From contig JBDRUX010000005.1 of NCBI GenBank assembly GCA_039801565.1, forward strand, positions 1 through 47,777: DNA of 47,777 nt, given 5' to 3'. This document shows, piece by piece, positions 9,910 to 19,711 of the stretch. The position numbers were made by a program, and so were the translations under genes. The notes under the pieces are model-generated. The model worked only from the letters and a program-made list of their open reading frames with translations. It did not search any database and had not been told where the DNA came from. This DNA is from a candidate division WOR-3 bacterium. GTDB taxonomy: Bacteria; Hydrothermota; Tepidihabitantia; Tepidihabitantales; JAOUPE01. Within the stretch, counting starts at the first letter, position 1. Each line of letters begins with the position of its first letter.

Positions 9910-10499
9910 TGCCGAAAAATCCTGCCCTAATCTTTCTCGCTGCCTTCTTGGTTAATAATATTCTTTTAATTCGTTATATTGGACTTTGTCCTTTCTTCGG
10001 TGTTTCAACTTCCCTCAACACTGCCTTTGGTATGAGTGCCGCAGTTTTATTTGTGATGCTTTTAGCAGCTTGGGTCACCTGGTTTGTCTTTCATCTTGTC
10101 CTTTTACCACTCAATTTGGTATTTTTGCGCACTGCTGCCTTTATTTTAGTCATTGCCACCTTAGTCCAATTTGTCGAAATGTTTCTTAAAAAGAGTTATC
10201 GGGCATTATACTCAGCAATGGGAATCTATTTGCCCCTTATTACCACTAACTGTGCAATTCTTGCTGTTACATTTCTCAATATTGACTACCGATACAACTT
10301 ACTCCAGGCAACTATCTTTGCCTTAGGTACAGGTTTGGGGTTTGCTTTGGTCATCATTTTATTCTCGGCGCTGCGGGAACGGTTAGATTATGCACCGATA
10401 ACCCGTTCCCTTCGTGGTTATCCGATTGCCTTTATTGCGGCAAGTTTGGTCTCGTTAGCCTTCTTAGGTTTTGTAGGTCTGTTTGGATTATCGCTTTAA
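9909..10499 (+). CDS. rnfA: Rnf subunit A
   Basis: GLCPFFGVS, LPLITTNCAIL. Confidence 0.95.
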   Translation: MPKNPALIFLAAFLVNNILLIRYIGLCPFFGVSTSLNTAFGMSAAVLFVMLLAAWVTWFVFHLVLLPLNLVFLRTAAFILVIATLVQFVEMFLKKSYRALYSAMGIYLPLITTNCAILAVTFLNIDYRYNLLQATIFALGTGLGFALVIILFSALRERLDYAPITRSLRGYPIAFIAASLVSLAFLGFVGLFGLSL

Positions 10500-10500
10500 T

Positions 10501-11511
10501 ATGGATTGGCTAATCATTATTAAGTCAATACTCAGTTTGGGTGGCTTGGGTTTAATTTTAGGCTTAATTTTGGCAATTGCCTATGCTAAATTAGCGGTAA
10601 AGCCAAATCCTCAAGAAGAGGCAATCCGCCAGATTTTGCCCGGAGCCAATTGTGGCGCTTGTGGGTTTCCCGGTTGTGATGTTTATGCGGAAAAGGTAGC
10701 AAAAGGTGAAGTCGCTCCTAACTTCTGCCTTTTTGGCGGACCTGAGGTTGCCCGCCAAATTGGAAAAATCTTGGGCAAAGAAGTGACCCTCAAAGAATCA
10801 CAGGTTGCGGTTTTAATTTGTCGAGGCGGTAAAAATGAATGTAAGGAACGATTCATTTATGATGGCGGTGGCGACTGCCGACAAGCCTATGTCCTATTCG
10901 GTGGCAATAAAAGTTGCGTCTTCGGTTGTGTTGGTTTAGGACACTGCGCCTCGGTCTGTCCATTTGGTGCAATTCGAATGAACGAAAACCGTCTACCGGT
11001 GATTGATGAAAAAAAATGCACTGGCTGTGGCATCTGTGTCCGGGAATGTCCAAAGCATACTTTAATGTTACTACCCCGCCGCAAATTGGTCTATTTAGCT
11101 TGTGTCTCTCACGACAAAGGCAAAGATGTTAAAAATGTCTGCAGTGTCGGTTGCACGGCTTGTAACCTCTGTGTCAAAGTTTGTCCTTATAACGCACTGC
11201 AGATGGTAGATAACTTGCCGTTAATGGATTTTAATAAATGTACCGATTGTGGCATCTGTTATGCCAAATGTCCGACCAAATCTTATGTTGACCGAGCCAA
11301 AGCTCGACCTTATGCAATAATTACCACTGCCTGCAATGGCTGTGGCGAATGCGTCAAGGTTTGTCAGTTCAAAGCAATTGAAGGTGAAATTGGCAAGCGC
11401 CATCGGGTCATCACCGAAAAATGTATCGGCTGTGGCGAATGCTTTAAAGTCTGTCCGCTCCGAGCTATCACAATGGCAGGCGCCTTAGGTCACCAGGTCA
11501 AAACCGCTTAA
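10501..11511 (+). CDS. rnfB: Rnf subunit B (polyferredoxin form)
   Basis: LPGANCGACGFPGC plus about six ferredoxin-type Cys motifs. Confidence 0.93.
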   Translation: MDWLIIIKSILSLGGLGLILGLILAIAYAKLAVKPNPQEEAIRQILPGANCGACGFPGCDVYAEKVAKGEVAPNFCLFGGPEVARQIGKILGKEVTLKESQVAVLICRGGKNECKERFIYDGGGDCRQAYVLFGGNKSCVFGCVGLGHCASVCPFGAIRMNENRLPVIDEKKCTGCGICVRECPKHTLMLLPRRKLVYLACVSHDKGKDVKNVCSVGCTACNLCVKVCPYNALQMVDNLPLMDFNKCTDCGICYAKCPTKSYVDRAKARPYAIITTACNGCGECVKVCQFKAIEGEIGKRHRVITEKCIGCGECFKVCPLRAITMAGALGHQVKTA

Positions 11512-11791
11512 AAATAACTAAATCGCTTATTTGCCATTTTCTTCTTTAAAAAATTCAATATTAGAGTCCGTCTTTACATCTTTGTATTCTTGGTTTATAA
11601 TTCAATCATAAAAGAGCAATATTAAGTTTTGGTTCGGGCTTCTTTTGGTGCTACTACACATTTTACCAATATCGGAACCGTGGTAAAAAATTTAAGAAAT
11701 ATTGGAAGATCAATGGCAAAATAATTTCACTTGGATTGTAATAACAACTCACGATTTAGCCAAAAGTTATTGATAAAAAGTTGCCACGGTC

Positions 11792-12031
11792 TTGGCTTGC
11801 AATGATTTTGTCGTTTATCTGAATTCGGCGAAGACCATGATTCGTGTCCGTGTGCCGTTGTCCGTGAAAGAAATTAGAATCTTTGATGTTTCGGGAAAAT
11901 TGATAAGAGCGATTGCCACGCCTTCGGCTCACACTGACAATGAAATAAAAATCTCCCTAAAAGGGATCAAGTCTGGAATTTACTTCTTACAACTCGGCAC
12001 CGAGACCAAAAAGTTTCTGGTTACAAGATAA
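11792..12031 (+). pseudogene. Orphan T9SS type-A-like C-terminal domain fragment
   Basis: IRIFDVSGKLI...GIYFLQL..TKKFLVTR resembles the CTDs at 33437 and 35796; YPNP degraded to YLNS; no passenger domain or signal peptide. Confidence 0.7.
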
Positions 12032-12101
12032 ACGATAAATGAACCCTAATATGTCATCAGGATAGGTTTTGTTTAAGTTAAATCGGCACTTGCATTTTTG
12101 C

Positions 12102-12129
12102 TTGACATTTTAATAAGAATATTTATATT
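12102..12129 (+). promoter_or_regulatory. Promoter
   Basis: TTGACA-N16-TATATT. Confidence 0.55.
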
Positions 12130-12185
12130 ATGTTATGGAATGAGGTCAGGAGAATATTTTAGTTGTGGCTTTTAATTGAGGAGTA

Positions 12186-14942
12186 ATGAATATGTTTTGG
12201 TTTTTCCCAGAAAATGGTAATTCAATAAGGCATTTCAAAGTGTTTTTTATTTTTTTATTGTTTCTCATTAAGACAACGAATTTTGCCAAAGAAAATGAGA
12301 AAATAAATCGAGGCATAAAACCACCATTCAATTTAAAAGAAATTGTCGAACAGGTAAACAATCACCGCCGGCGCAATCACCCGAATCTTAAATCTGAAAA
12401 GTGGGGTTCAGAATCCGGCGAGTTTTTAATTGATACTAATATCACTTACATTACGGCCGATGACGACCAAACTTATCCGGCGGTTGCTTTTGATGGAACT
12501 AACTATTTTGTCGTTTGGCAAGATGGTTTTAGTGAAGACGAACGGCAAATTTTTGGCGCAAGGGTAAATCAAGACGGTATTGTCTTGGATACAGCCGGTA
12601 TCGCTATTTCAATTGCACGACTGAATCAATCGAATCCCGCAGTTACTTTTGATGGGACTAATTATTTAGTAGTCTGGGAAGATTATCGTAGCCGGTTTGA
12701 GTCTGACATTTATGGGGCTCGAGTTTCGCCAACCGGCGAAGTCCTTGACCCAGATGGTATTGCCATTTCTACTGCATTCGATATTCAGTGTCCCCCTTCG
12801 GTCGCTTCTAATGGAACAAATTCCCTTGTAGTTTGGGAGGATGCGCGAAGTGGTGGTGGTCATCGTATCTACGGTGCTCGAGTTTCGCCAACTGGCGAAG
12901 TTCTTGACCCAGATGGTATTCTCATCGCAAATGGACCATATGTAAGGTGGCCTTCGGTAGCTTCGGACGGTTCTAATTACCTGGTCGTCTGGGATTACGA
13001 CTACGATATCTATGGTACCCGAGTGAATAAATATGGCGTGGTTTTAGATACAAATTATATTGTCATTTCTAATGCATTGAGTTTCCAATCATATCCTTCG
13101 GTTAGTTTTGGCGATTCGAATTACTTTGTGGTTTGGCAAGACTATCGTGATGGCGATTTTAATATTTATGGCGCTCGCCTAAGCAAAAGTGGCACAGTCC
13201 TTGATTCTAACGGCATTGCCATTTCCACTGCGCCGGGTTATCAAAAATATCCGGTAATAACCTTTAATGGCACAAATTATCTTGTGGTATGGACAGATTA
13301 TCGCAGTGGTTCAGACATCTATGGTGCCCGAGTGACTCAAGCCGGTGTTGTCCTTGACCCAACTGGTATTCATATCTTCAATCCGACAGTTGCTGAAGAA
13401 CCACATCCGGCGGTCGTATTCGGCTTAGATAATTATCTCATCGTAACCGAAAATGAAGATAGTTATGGTTTCAATGATATTTACGGTGTTCGGGTTACTC
13501 CAACTGGTATTGTTATTGATACAAATGGGATTGCCATATCAGCCTACAAAGCCAATAGGAATCGTTTTCATGCAGTTGCCTTTGATGGCACAAACTATCT
13601 TGTCGTTTGGGAAGACTGGCGTAGCAATTACGCCGATATCTATGGTGCAAGGGTGAATCAAGCCGGTTTGGTTCTTGATGCAATTAGTATTCCGATTACT
13701 ACAGCAAACCAGGGTCAATATAAACCCTCAGTTGTCTTTGGCGGAACTAATTATCTTGTGGTTTGGGCAGATGGTCGCAATATTGATACTGCTAATAATA
13801 CATTAGATATTTATGGGGCTCGAGTGAGTCCAGCCGGAATTGTTCTCGATACAAGTGGCATTGCCATTTCAACGGCTGCCGGTAATAAATGGAGTCCTTC
13901 AGTTGCTTTTGATGGAACTAATTATCTTGTGGTTTGGACAGACTACCGCTCGGGAGTTAATTCTGACATCTACGGAGCCAGAGTAAATCAAACCGGTGTT
14001 GTCCTCGATACAGATGGTTTTGCGATATCAAATGCGCCATTAGATCAAGAATACCCAACTGTTGCGTTTGATGGGTTTAATTATCTTGTAGTCTGGCAGG
14101 ATGTTTGCAATATGGATGACATCTATGGTGCCAGAGTGAGTCAAGCTGGAGTTGTTCTGGACACGAATGGAATCGTCATTTCTTCCGAATGGTCTGCACA
14201 GTGGCGACCCTCTGTAGCGTTTGATGGAACCAATTATTTTGTGGTCTGGATGGACTGGCGCAGCGGTTTGCCTAATATCTATGGTGCAAGGGTGAATCAA
14301 GCTGGAGTTGTTCTGGACACAAATGGAATTCCGATTTCACCCGGCGCTTATCATCAAAGGGACCCTGCTATTACCTTTGATGGGACTAATTATCTTGTGG
14401 TTTGGGAAGATGGACGTAGTTGGTATGATTCAGACATTTATGGCGCCTTATTAAGTCCTTCTGGAACGGTCATTGAAGAATTTCCAGTGTCTACCCAATT
14501 GGGACTTCAGCGATTTCCTGCTCTCGCACATGGTATAGGAAATCAAGCACTAATTATCTACACGGGTTGGACCGGAACGGTTCAAGGCAAAACCTACAGT
14601 ACTTATCGGACCTGGGGCAAACTTTATCCCGGTCCAGGGATAGAAGAAAACCAGCGTTCATCAATCACTAACCAAACAGCGCTAAAGATTTACCCCAATC
14701 CATTTTCCAAGCAAACTGTGATAAATTTTACACAAAAAGTTTCGCACATTGAAATTTATGATGTCTCAGGTAAACTGGTAAAATCTTTTTTCACAACCCG
14801 CCAGTCACTATCCACCAGCAACTGCATCATCTGGGATGGCACTGATAACTATGGTCGAAAATTACCATCCGGTGTTTACCTCCTCTACTTGAAGACATCA
14901 AACAATGAGACCAAAGCCAGTGAAATTATTATTCTTAGGTAA
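12186..14942 (+). CDS. Secreted repeat protein (~14 x ~52-aa VAFDGTNYLVVWxD..DIYGARV units) with T9SS/FlgD-Ig-like CTD
   Basis: Repeats visible in the translation; IYPNPF...IYDVSGKLV...WDGTD..GRKLPSGVY. Confidence 0.85.
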   Translation: MNMFWFFPENGNSIRHFKVFFIFLLFLIKTTNFAKENEKINRGIKPPFNLKEIVEQVNNHRRRNHPNLKSEKWGSESGEFLIDTNITYITADDDQTYPAVAFDGTNYFVVWQDGFSEDERQIFGARVNQDGIVLDTAGIAISIARLNQSNPAVTFDGTNYLVVWEDYRSRFESDIYGARVSPTGEVLDPDGIAISTAFDIQCPPSVASNGTNSLVVWEDARSGGGHRIYGARVSPTGEVLDPDGILIANGPYVRWPSVASDGSNYLVVWDYDYDIYGTRVNKYGVVLDTNYIVISNALSFQSYPSVSFGDSNYFVVWQDYRDGDFNIYGARLSKSGTVLDSNGIAISTAPGYQKYPVITFNGTNYLVVWTDYRSGSDIYGARVTQAGVVLDPTGIHIFNPTVAEEPHPAVVFGLDNYLIVTENEDSYGFNDIYGVRVTPTGIVIDTNGIAISAYKANRNRFHAVAFDGTNYLVVWEDWRSNYADIYGARVNQAGLVLDAISIPITTANQGQYKPSVVFGGTNYLVVWADGRNIDTANNTLDIYGARVSPAGIVLDTSGIAISTAAGNKWSPSVAFDGTNYLVVWTDYRSGVNSDIYGARVNQTGVVLDTDGFAISNAPLDQEYPTVAFDGFNYLVVWQDVCNMDDIYGARVSQAGVVLDTNGIVISSEWSAQWRPSVAFDGTNYFVVWMDWRSGLPNIYGARVNQAGVVLDTNGIPISPGAYHQRDPAITFDGTNYLVVWEDGRSWYDSDIYGALLSPSGTVIEEFPVSTQLGLQRFPALAHGIGNQALIIYTGWTGTVQGKTYSTYRTWGKLYPGPGIEENQRSSITNQTALKIYPNPFSKQTVINFTQKVSHIEIYDVSGKLVKSFFTTRQSLSTSNCIIWDGTDNYGRKLPSGVYLLYLKTSNNETKASEIIILR

Positions 14943-15149
14943 TATGGCAACTTTAGGGATTAAAAAAGAAGCTAACGGTCAGAAGCGAGTTTTTGGTAAA
15001 TTTGTTCGGGATGCCAAGACTTATTTCTGACAACAGACACTTGCAAGAGGGATGACAAGTATCTGTAAATTTAGTTTTATCCCTTGGCTTTCAGTTGCAG
15101 GAAAAGCCAAAATAATTTTATCCTGCAAAATGTTAGAAGGGAGGATAAG

Positions 15150-16786
15150 ATGAAAGCTTTTAAGAGACTCAACTTTCTTCTAATAATCTCTTTGCTCAAG
15201 GCTATGTATTTTGGATACAAAGATACGACGGTCCTGTGCATCACGAAGATAGCGCTAGTGCTGTAGCAGTTGATAGGTGGGGCAATGTCTATGTCACCGG
15301 AGGGAGTCGGGGTTTTGGCGACGATTACGACTTTGTAACAATAAAATATTCAAGGAAGGGGGGTAAACTTTGGGAAAGACGATACGAGGGGCCTCATTCA
15401 GATTATAATGATAAAGCAAATGCGATAGCGGTTGACGCTTCCGGTAATGTCTATGTCACCGGGAGAAGTTATGCCGGACCTGGCAGTGACCAGAGTGACT
15501 ATTTAACGATTAAATACGACGCTGAAGGAATTCTCCAGTGGTATGCAGTATATAATGGTCCTGCTAACGGAAATGACGAAGCACATGCAATTGCAGTTGA
15601 CGGCTGGGGTAATGTCTATGTTACCGGAGAAAGTTGGGGTGGTAGCGACGCTATCTATGACATCGTGACGATTAAATATAACTCAACTGGAGTTCAGCAA
15701 TGGGAAAAAAGATATAATGGACCTGGGAATAACACCGATAAAGCATATGCTATAGGAATTGACAATTCGGGGTTTGTCTATGTCGCTGGTGAAAGTCGAG
15801 GTAGCAATTATTATTCGGATTGCATAGTGATTAAATATAATCCAGCCAATGGAGACCCGCTGTGGGTTAGCAGGTATAGAGAAAATAATGATGCAAATGA
15901 GTTTGGTTATGCGTTGAAGGTTGATGGTTCAGGTAATACCTATGTCGCTGGAATGGCCTGGGGCGGAGGTGCTACTAATTTCGACTACCTCACAGTAAAA
16001 TATAACTCTTCAGGAGTTCTGCAATGGGCACAACACTTCAACGGAATTGGGAATGACCGAGATGAAGCAAGAGCGATTGCAGTGGATGGCTCGGGTAACG
16101 TTTATGTTACAGGCAGAAGCGATCGGGTATCAGATATAGACCAAACAGATTACGAGTATCTGACAATTAAATATAATTCATCGGGAGTTCTCCAATGGCG
16201 TCAAACATATAATAATAATTCTATTCCTTTAGGAAAGGATGAAGCATCGGCAATAGCGGTAGACCGATATGGTTATATTTCTGTTACTGGACGGAGTCAA
16301 AATTCTCAGGATAATTACGACTATGTAACAATCAAATATAAATCAGCAAACGGTGCTGAGTTTTGGAATCGAAGATATGACGCTACAAATGGCGATGATA
16401 TAGCGGCTGACTTAGTAGTTGATGATTGGGGCGATGTTATTGTAACTGGCACAAGCGATGGTGGTGGCCGAAACTTTGACTACTTAACAATAAAATACAC
16501 TGATGCTATCCAACCAAATAGCGGTGGAGAAGCGACTAAAATCGAGATACTTTCCAGTACGATTGATACGAAAACTATTATCTCTTCGACCAGTTCAGGT
16601 TATAGTTTTAAAGCACCGGCTGATGTTTCTGGTCTTAGAATATACAATGTCCAAGGCAAACTCATCTGTTCCGAAAAACCAAACAACGGTTACTTTACGG
16701 TTAAAGGCGTACCTGCTGGCATATACTTCTTACGGTTTGAGTCAGAATACAGTGAAGCTGATAGAAAATTCATCATTGTGAAATAA
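15150..16786 (+). pseudogene. SBBP-like beta-propeller repeat protein with CTD, frameshifted in the signal peptide
   Basis: GGAGG then ATG 15150 (MKAFKRLNFLLII) continues in another frame as LFAQGYVFWIQRYDGP...; AIAVDxSGNVYVTG repeats. Confidence 0.75.
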
Positions 16787-16803
16787 GTCTGATTCAAATG
16801 AAT

Positions 16804-16843
16804 GCGCTCTGGACTAATTCGGTTCAGAGCGTCTTTTTATTTT
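16804..16843 (+). terminator. Intrinsic terminator
   Basis: gcgctctggact-aattc-ggttcagagcgt followed by a T-rich tail. Confidence 0.75.
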
Positions 16844-16889
16844 GTATGGTACTGAGAGAGATTTAGCACATAACTTCGGCGTTAACAGT

Positions 16890-17105
16890 CTGCCTCCGAA
16901 CCGACTCCCGAAGTAGCCTACGGGGTAGCCCCCAAACTTGCTACCCGAGTTGCCCCCGAAGTAGCCTGCCGAGTCGCTTCCAAGGTCGCCTACGAACCCG
17001 CTCACCAACTTGCTTACAAACCTACCCCCTAACCAACTCCATAAGCAACTGAGGAGGCAACCTGCCAAGCGACTTAGGGGGTAGCCCAGTAGGCTACCCC
17101 CCCTA
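16890..17105. repeat. Degenerate 12-bp-period array A (18 units)
   Basis: Gap-free units such as tagcctacgggg, tagcccccaaac, ttgcccccgaag; RCY invariant at unit positions 3-5. Confidence 0.85.
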
Positions 17106-17403
17106 TACCATACCCCCACCCAAAGACAAATTATATATAAGACCCTAAATATCATACAGTTAAAAGAAATTTTGGCTTGATTCTTGTGTTAGTTTTAACT
17201 AACATTTTGTGATGTTGGTTTTTTCTCAAAAAATGGAGAAAAAGCTTGAAGCGTTAAGGAAGCAAGCCAAATTGACTTTAAGGGAATTGGTCGAATAATA
17301 AAGTCCTTTATTAAATTAAAGCAAGTTTTGAGAAAATTGCTTTTTAGCAATCCCTTAAACTAAAAATCGGCACCGAGGTAAACTTTATGAGAAAACGACT
17401 TGC

Positions 17404-17431
17404 TTGACAGATGCTAAATTTTTGTTATACT
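17404..17431 (+). promoter_or_regulatory. btuB promoter
   Basis: TTGACA-N16-TATACT with extended TG. Confidence 0.7.
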
Positions 17432-17487
17432 TTTATAGTTTTATTTTAATTTTTCCGATCGGTTCTTTGAAGTTATAGAATGAATTT

Positions 17488-17670
17488 GGCAGTGGTAGTC
17501 CGCCAGCGAGCGGACCCAGCACCGAATGCTGGGCAGGGAAGGTCGTGAGAAGCGACCACGGTCTTGCCCACTGTAAGCGGTGACGAAATCGCCAAAAGCC
17601 ACTCTTTGGAAAACAAAGGGGAAGGCGGCGAGAGTAGGATGACCCGTAAGTCAGGAGACCTTGCCACTGC
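17488..17670 (+). ncRNA. Cobalamin riboswitch
   Basis: AGGGAA, CCCACTGTAA, GCCACT, GGGAAGG and AGTCAGGAGACC motifs; closing helix gcagtgg/ccactgc; upstream of a TonB receptor. Confidence 0.92.
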
Positions 17671-17704
17671 TTTATAAGAACAACTGGTAAGGAAAGGAGT
17701 TCTT

Positions 17705-19711
17705 ATGTCTCAAACAATCCACAAAACCATCTTTTTGTTATCACTGCCTATAATTCTTATTGGGCAAACGCGCTATGAAGTCGATACAATCTTTGTAACC
17801 GCCTCAAGAGTTGAAGAACCGATAAGCCGAGTTCCTCTTCACACCTCTTTAATTAACCGTGATGTCATAATTCTTAAAAACTTTGGTGACATCGGTTCGG
17901 TGTTATATACTCTACCCGGCACTGATGTTCGTTCTTATTCTATAATTGGTGGTGCAAGTTCGGTAAATCTATTCGGTTCGTCCAGTCAACAGGTATTGGT
18001 GCTTTTGGATGGTAGACCGCTAAATTCAATGAATTTAGGAGTTGCGAATTTAGGACTTTTGCCGACTGCCAATCTAAAAAAAATTGAGGTCGTGAATGGA
18101 CCGATATCGAGCCTTTATGGAGCCAACGCCTTAGGCGGTGTGATTAATTTCTTAACTCAGAGTCCACTCGATTTCACCGAATCCGGTGCCTATTATGATA
18201 TCGCTTTGCTTTATGGAACATACAATACAAACCGAATCTATCTTGGCACCGGCTTTGCTCATAATCATTTTAGCGTACTGGTGAATGCGAATCAGGAAAA
18301 TAGCACGGGCTATCGAACTAATGATGATTGTCTAAAGCAAAGCGTGGGATTAAAATTAGGTTATCAAAGTCTTATCAATCAGGTCAGACTCGATTTTGAT
18401 ATTCAAACCAAAGCGAATGGATTGCCAGGACCAAAGCCAGCTGACACGCTAATTCCTTTTTATGGTGATTCGACCGCTTCATCAATCTTTGATCGAACCC
18501 TCGACACCGTTTTTTCGGTTAGAGGCGAATGGAAACAAAAGTTGCGTCCGGATGTTTTGTTGCAACTGACCCCCTTCTTCGCAAAAAACTGGACTCGCTT
18601 TCGCTGGGTAGATGCCTATTCTTTGGATACCGCGCTTTATCAAGACCGCTACATTTCCCAGAATACCGGAACGAATTTGATTGTTAATTATCAGGGTTTG
18701 ACCGGAATAAGAATTAATGGCGGGATAGATTTTAGGCAAGATGATTTCCAAGCCGAATCTTTTCTTTATAATGAGATGACTGGGCAATATCGCGATACCG
18801 CCTGGCAAGCAAAAGCCCATCGAGTTGGTATCTTTGGTGAAGGTAACATTATGTTTGGTAAGATTATGATTTTCGTTCCTTCGTTGCGCTTGGATTGGAA
18901 TTCGGATTTTGGCAATTTCTTAAGCCCAAGTTTTGGAGTACTCTTTCCATTGAATTCCCAAGTCCGGCTGAGAACTCATATCGGCAGGGCGTTTCGAGCT
19001 CCAACCTTTAATGACCTCTATTGGCCCAAATCCGGCAATCCCAAGATAAAACCTGAACACGGTGATGCCCTGCAATTCGGCATTGATTTAAAATTTCCAA
19101 ATTCGGCATCTTTTTCTCTAACTGGCTTTGCCCGCCGTACCAAAAACTTGATTGCCTGGGTGCCGGATACTGCTGGGTTATGGCGACCGACCAATATTGA
19201 TGAAACCGAAATTTTTGGTATCACCACTAACGGTAAAATCAAATTCCCTAATGGATTCGCTTTCAATTATACTGGGAACTGGTTAAAAGCCAAACAAATT
19301 CGTCAGGAAATGGTTTATTTCGATTGGTTGACTAATGAGACAAGGTTTGAACGAACTAAGCGCCGTGCCGCCTATCTACCTGAATTTTCGGCAATCCAAG
19401 AAATTGGCTACGAAACTAAATTTGCGACCAATCTCAGTCTGGAGTTAAGAGAAACTGGCAATCGGGTAAATTACTACTCTTCCTATGATAGTTTACCCAA
19501 GGTTTATATGACTACTAAAATTTTACCATCTAACTTTATTGTTAATCTTCGAGTGCGGCAACAGTTATTTTCCAACACGGAATTAATCTTTCGTATCGAA
19601 AATCTGTTAAATCAAAGTTATGCTGAGCAGTTTGGTAATTCGATTGCCGATTTAGACTATCCGCGTCCAAAGCGAACAATCTTTTTCGAAATACGATTCA
19701 ATAATTATTAA
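17705..19711 (+). CDS. btuB: TonB-dependent receptor, probable vitamin B12 transporter
   Basis: DTIFVTASR TonB box, plug (VLLDGR, GPISSLYGANALGGVIN), FRAPTFNDLYW; riboswitch upstream. Confidence 0.85.
   Translation: MSQTIHKTIFLLSLPIILIGQTRYEVDTIFVTASRVEEPISRVPLHTSLINRDVIILKNFGDIGSVLYTLPGTDVRSYSIIGGASSVNLFGSSSQQVLVLLDGRPLNSMNLGVANLGLLPTANLKKIEVVNGPISSLYGANALGGVINFLTQSPLDFTESGAYYDIALLYGTYNTNRIYLGTGFAHNHFSVLVNANQENSTGYRTNDDCLKQSVGLKLGYQSLINQVRLDFDIQTKANGLPGPKPADTLIPFYGDSTASSIFDRTLDTVFSVRGEWKQKLRPDVLLQLTPFFAKNWTRFRWVDAYSLDTALYQDRYISQNTGTNLIVNYQGLTGIRINGGIDFRQDDFQAESFLYNEMTGQYRDTAWQAKAHRVGIFGEGNIMFGKIMIFVPSLRLDWNSDFGNFLSPSFGVLFPLNSQVRLRTHIGRAFRAPTFNDLYWPKSGNPKIKPEHGDALQFGIDLKFPNSASFSLTGFARRTKNLIAWVPDTAGLWRPTNIDETEIFGITTNGKIKFPNGFAFNYTGNWLKAKQIRQEMVYFDWLTNETRFERTKRRAAYLPEFSAIQEIGYETKFATNLSLELRETGNRVNYYSSYDSLPKVYMTTKILPSNFIVNLRVRQQLFSNTELIFRIENLLNQSYAEQFGNSIADLDYPRPKRTIFFEIRFNNY

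Noticed and set aside
16890..17105. CRISPR array
   Set aside because: No identical repeats separated by spacers and no cas genes
16814..17155. 113-aa Gly/Ser-rich ORF as a real protein
   Set aside because: It is a by-product of the 12-bp array; codon choice is restricted to RGY and the sister array has stops
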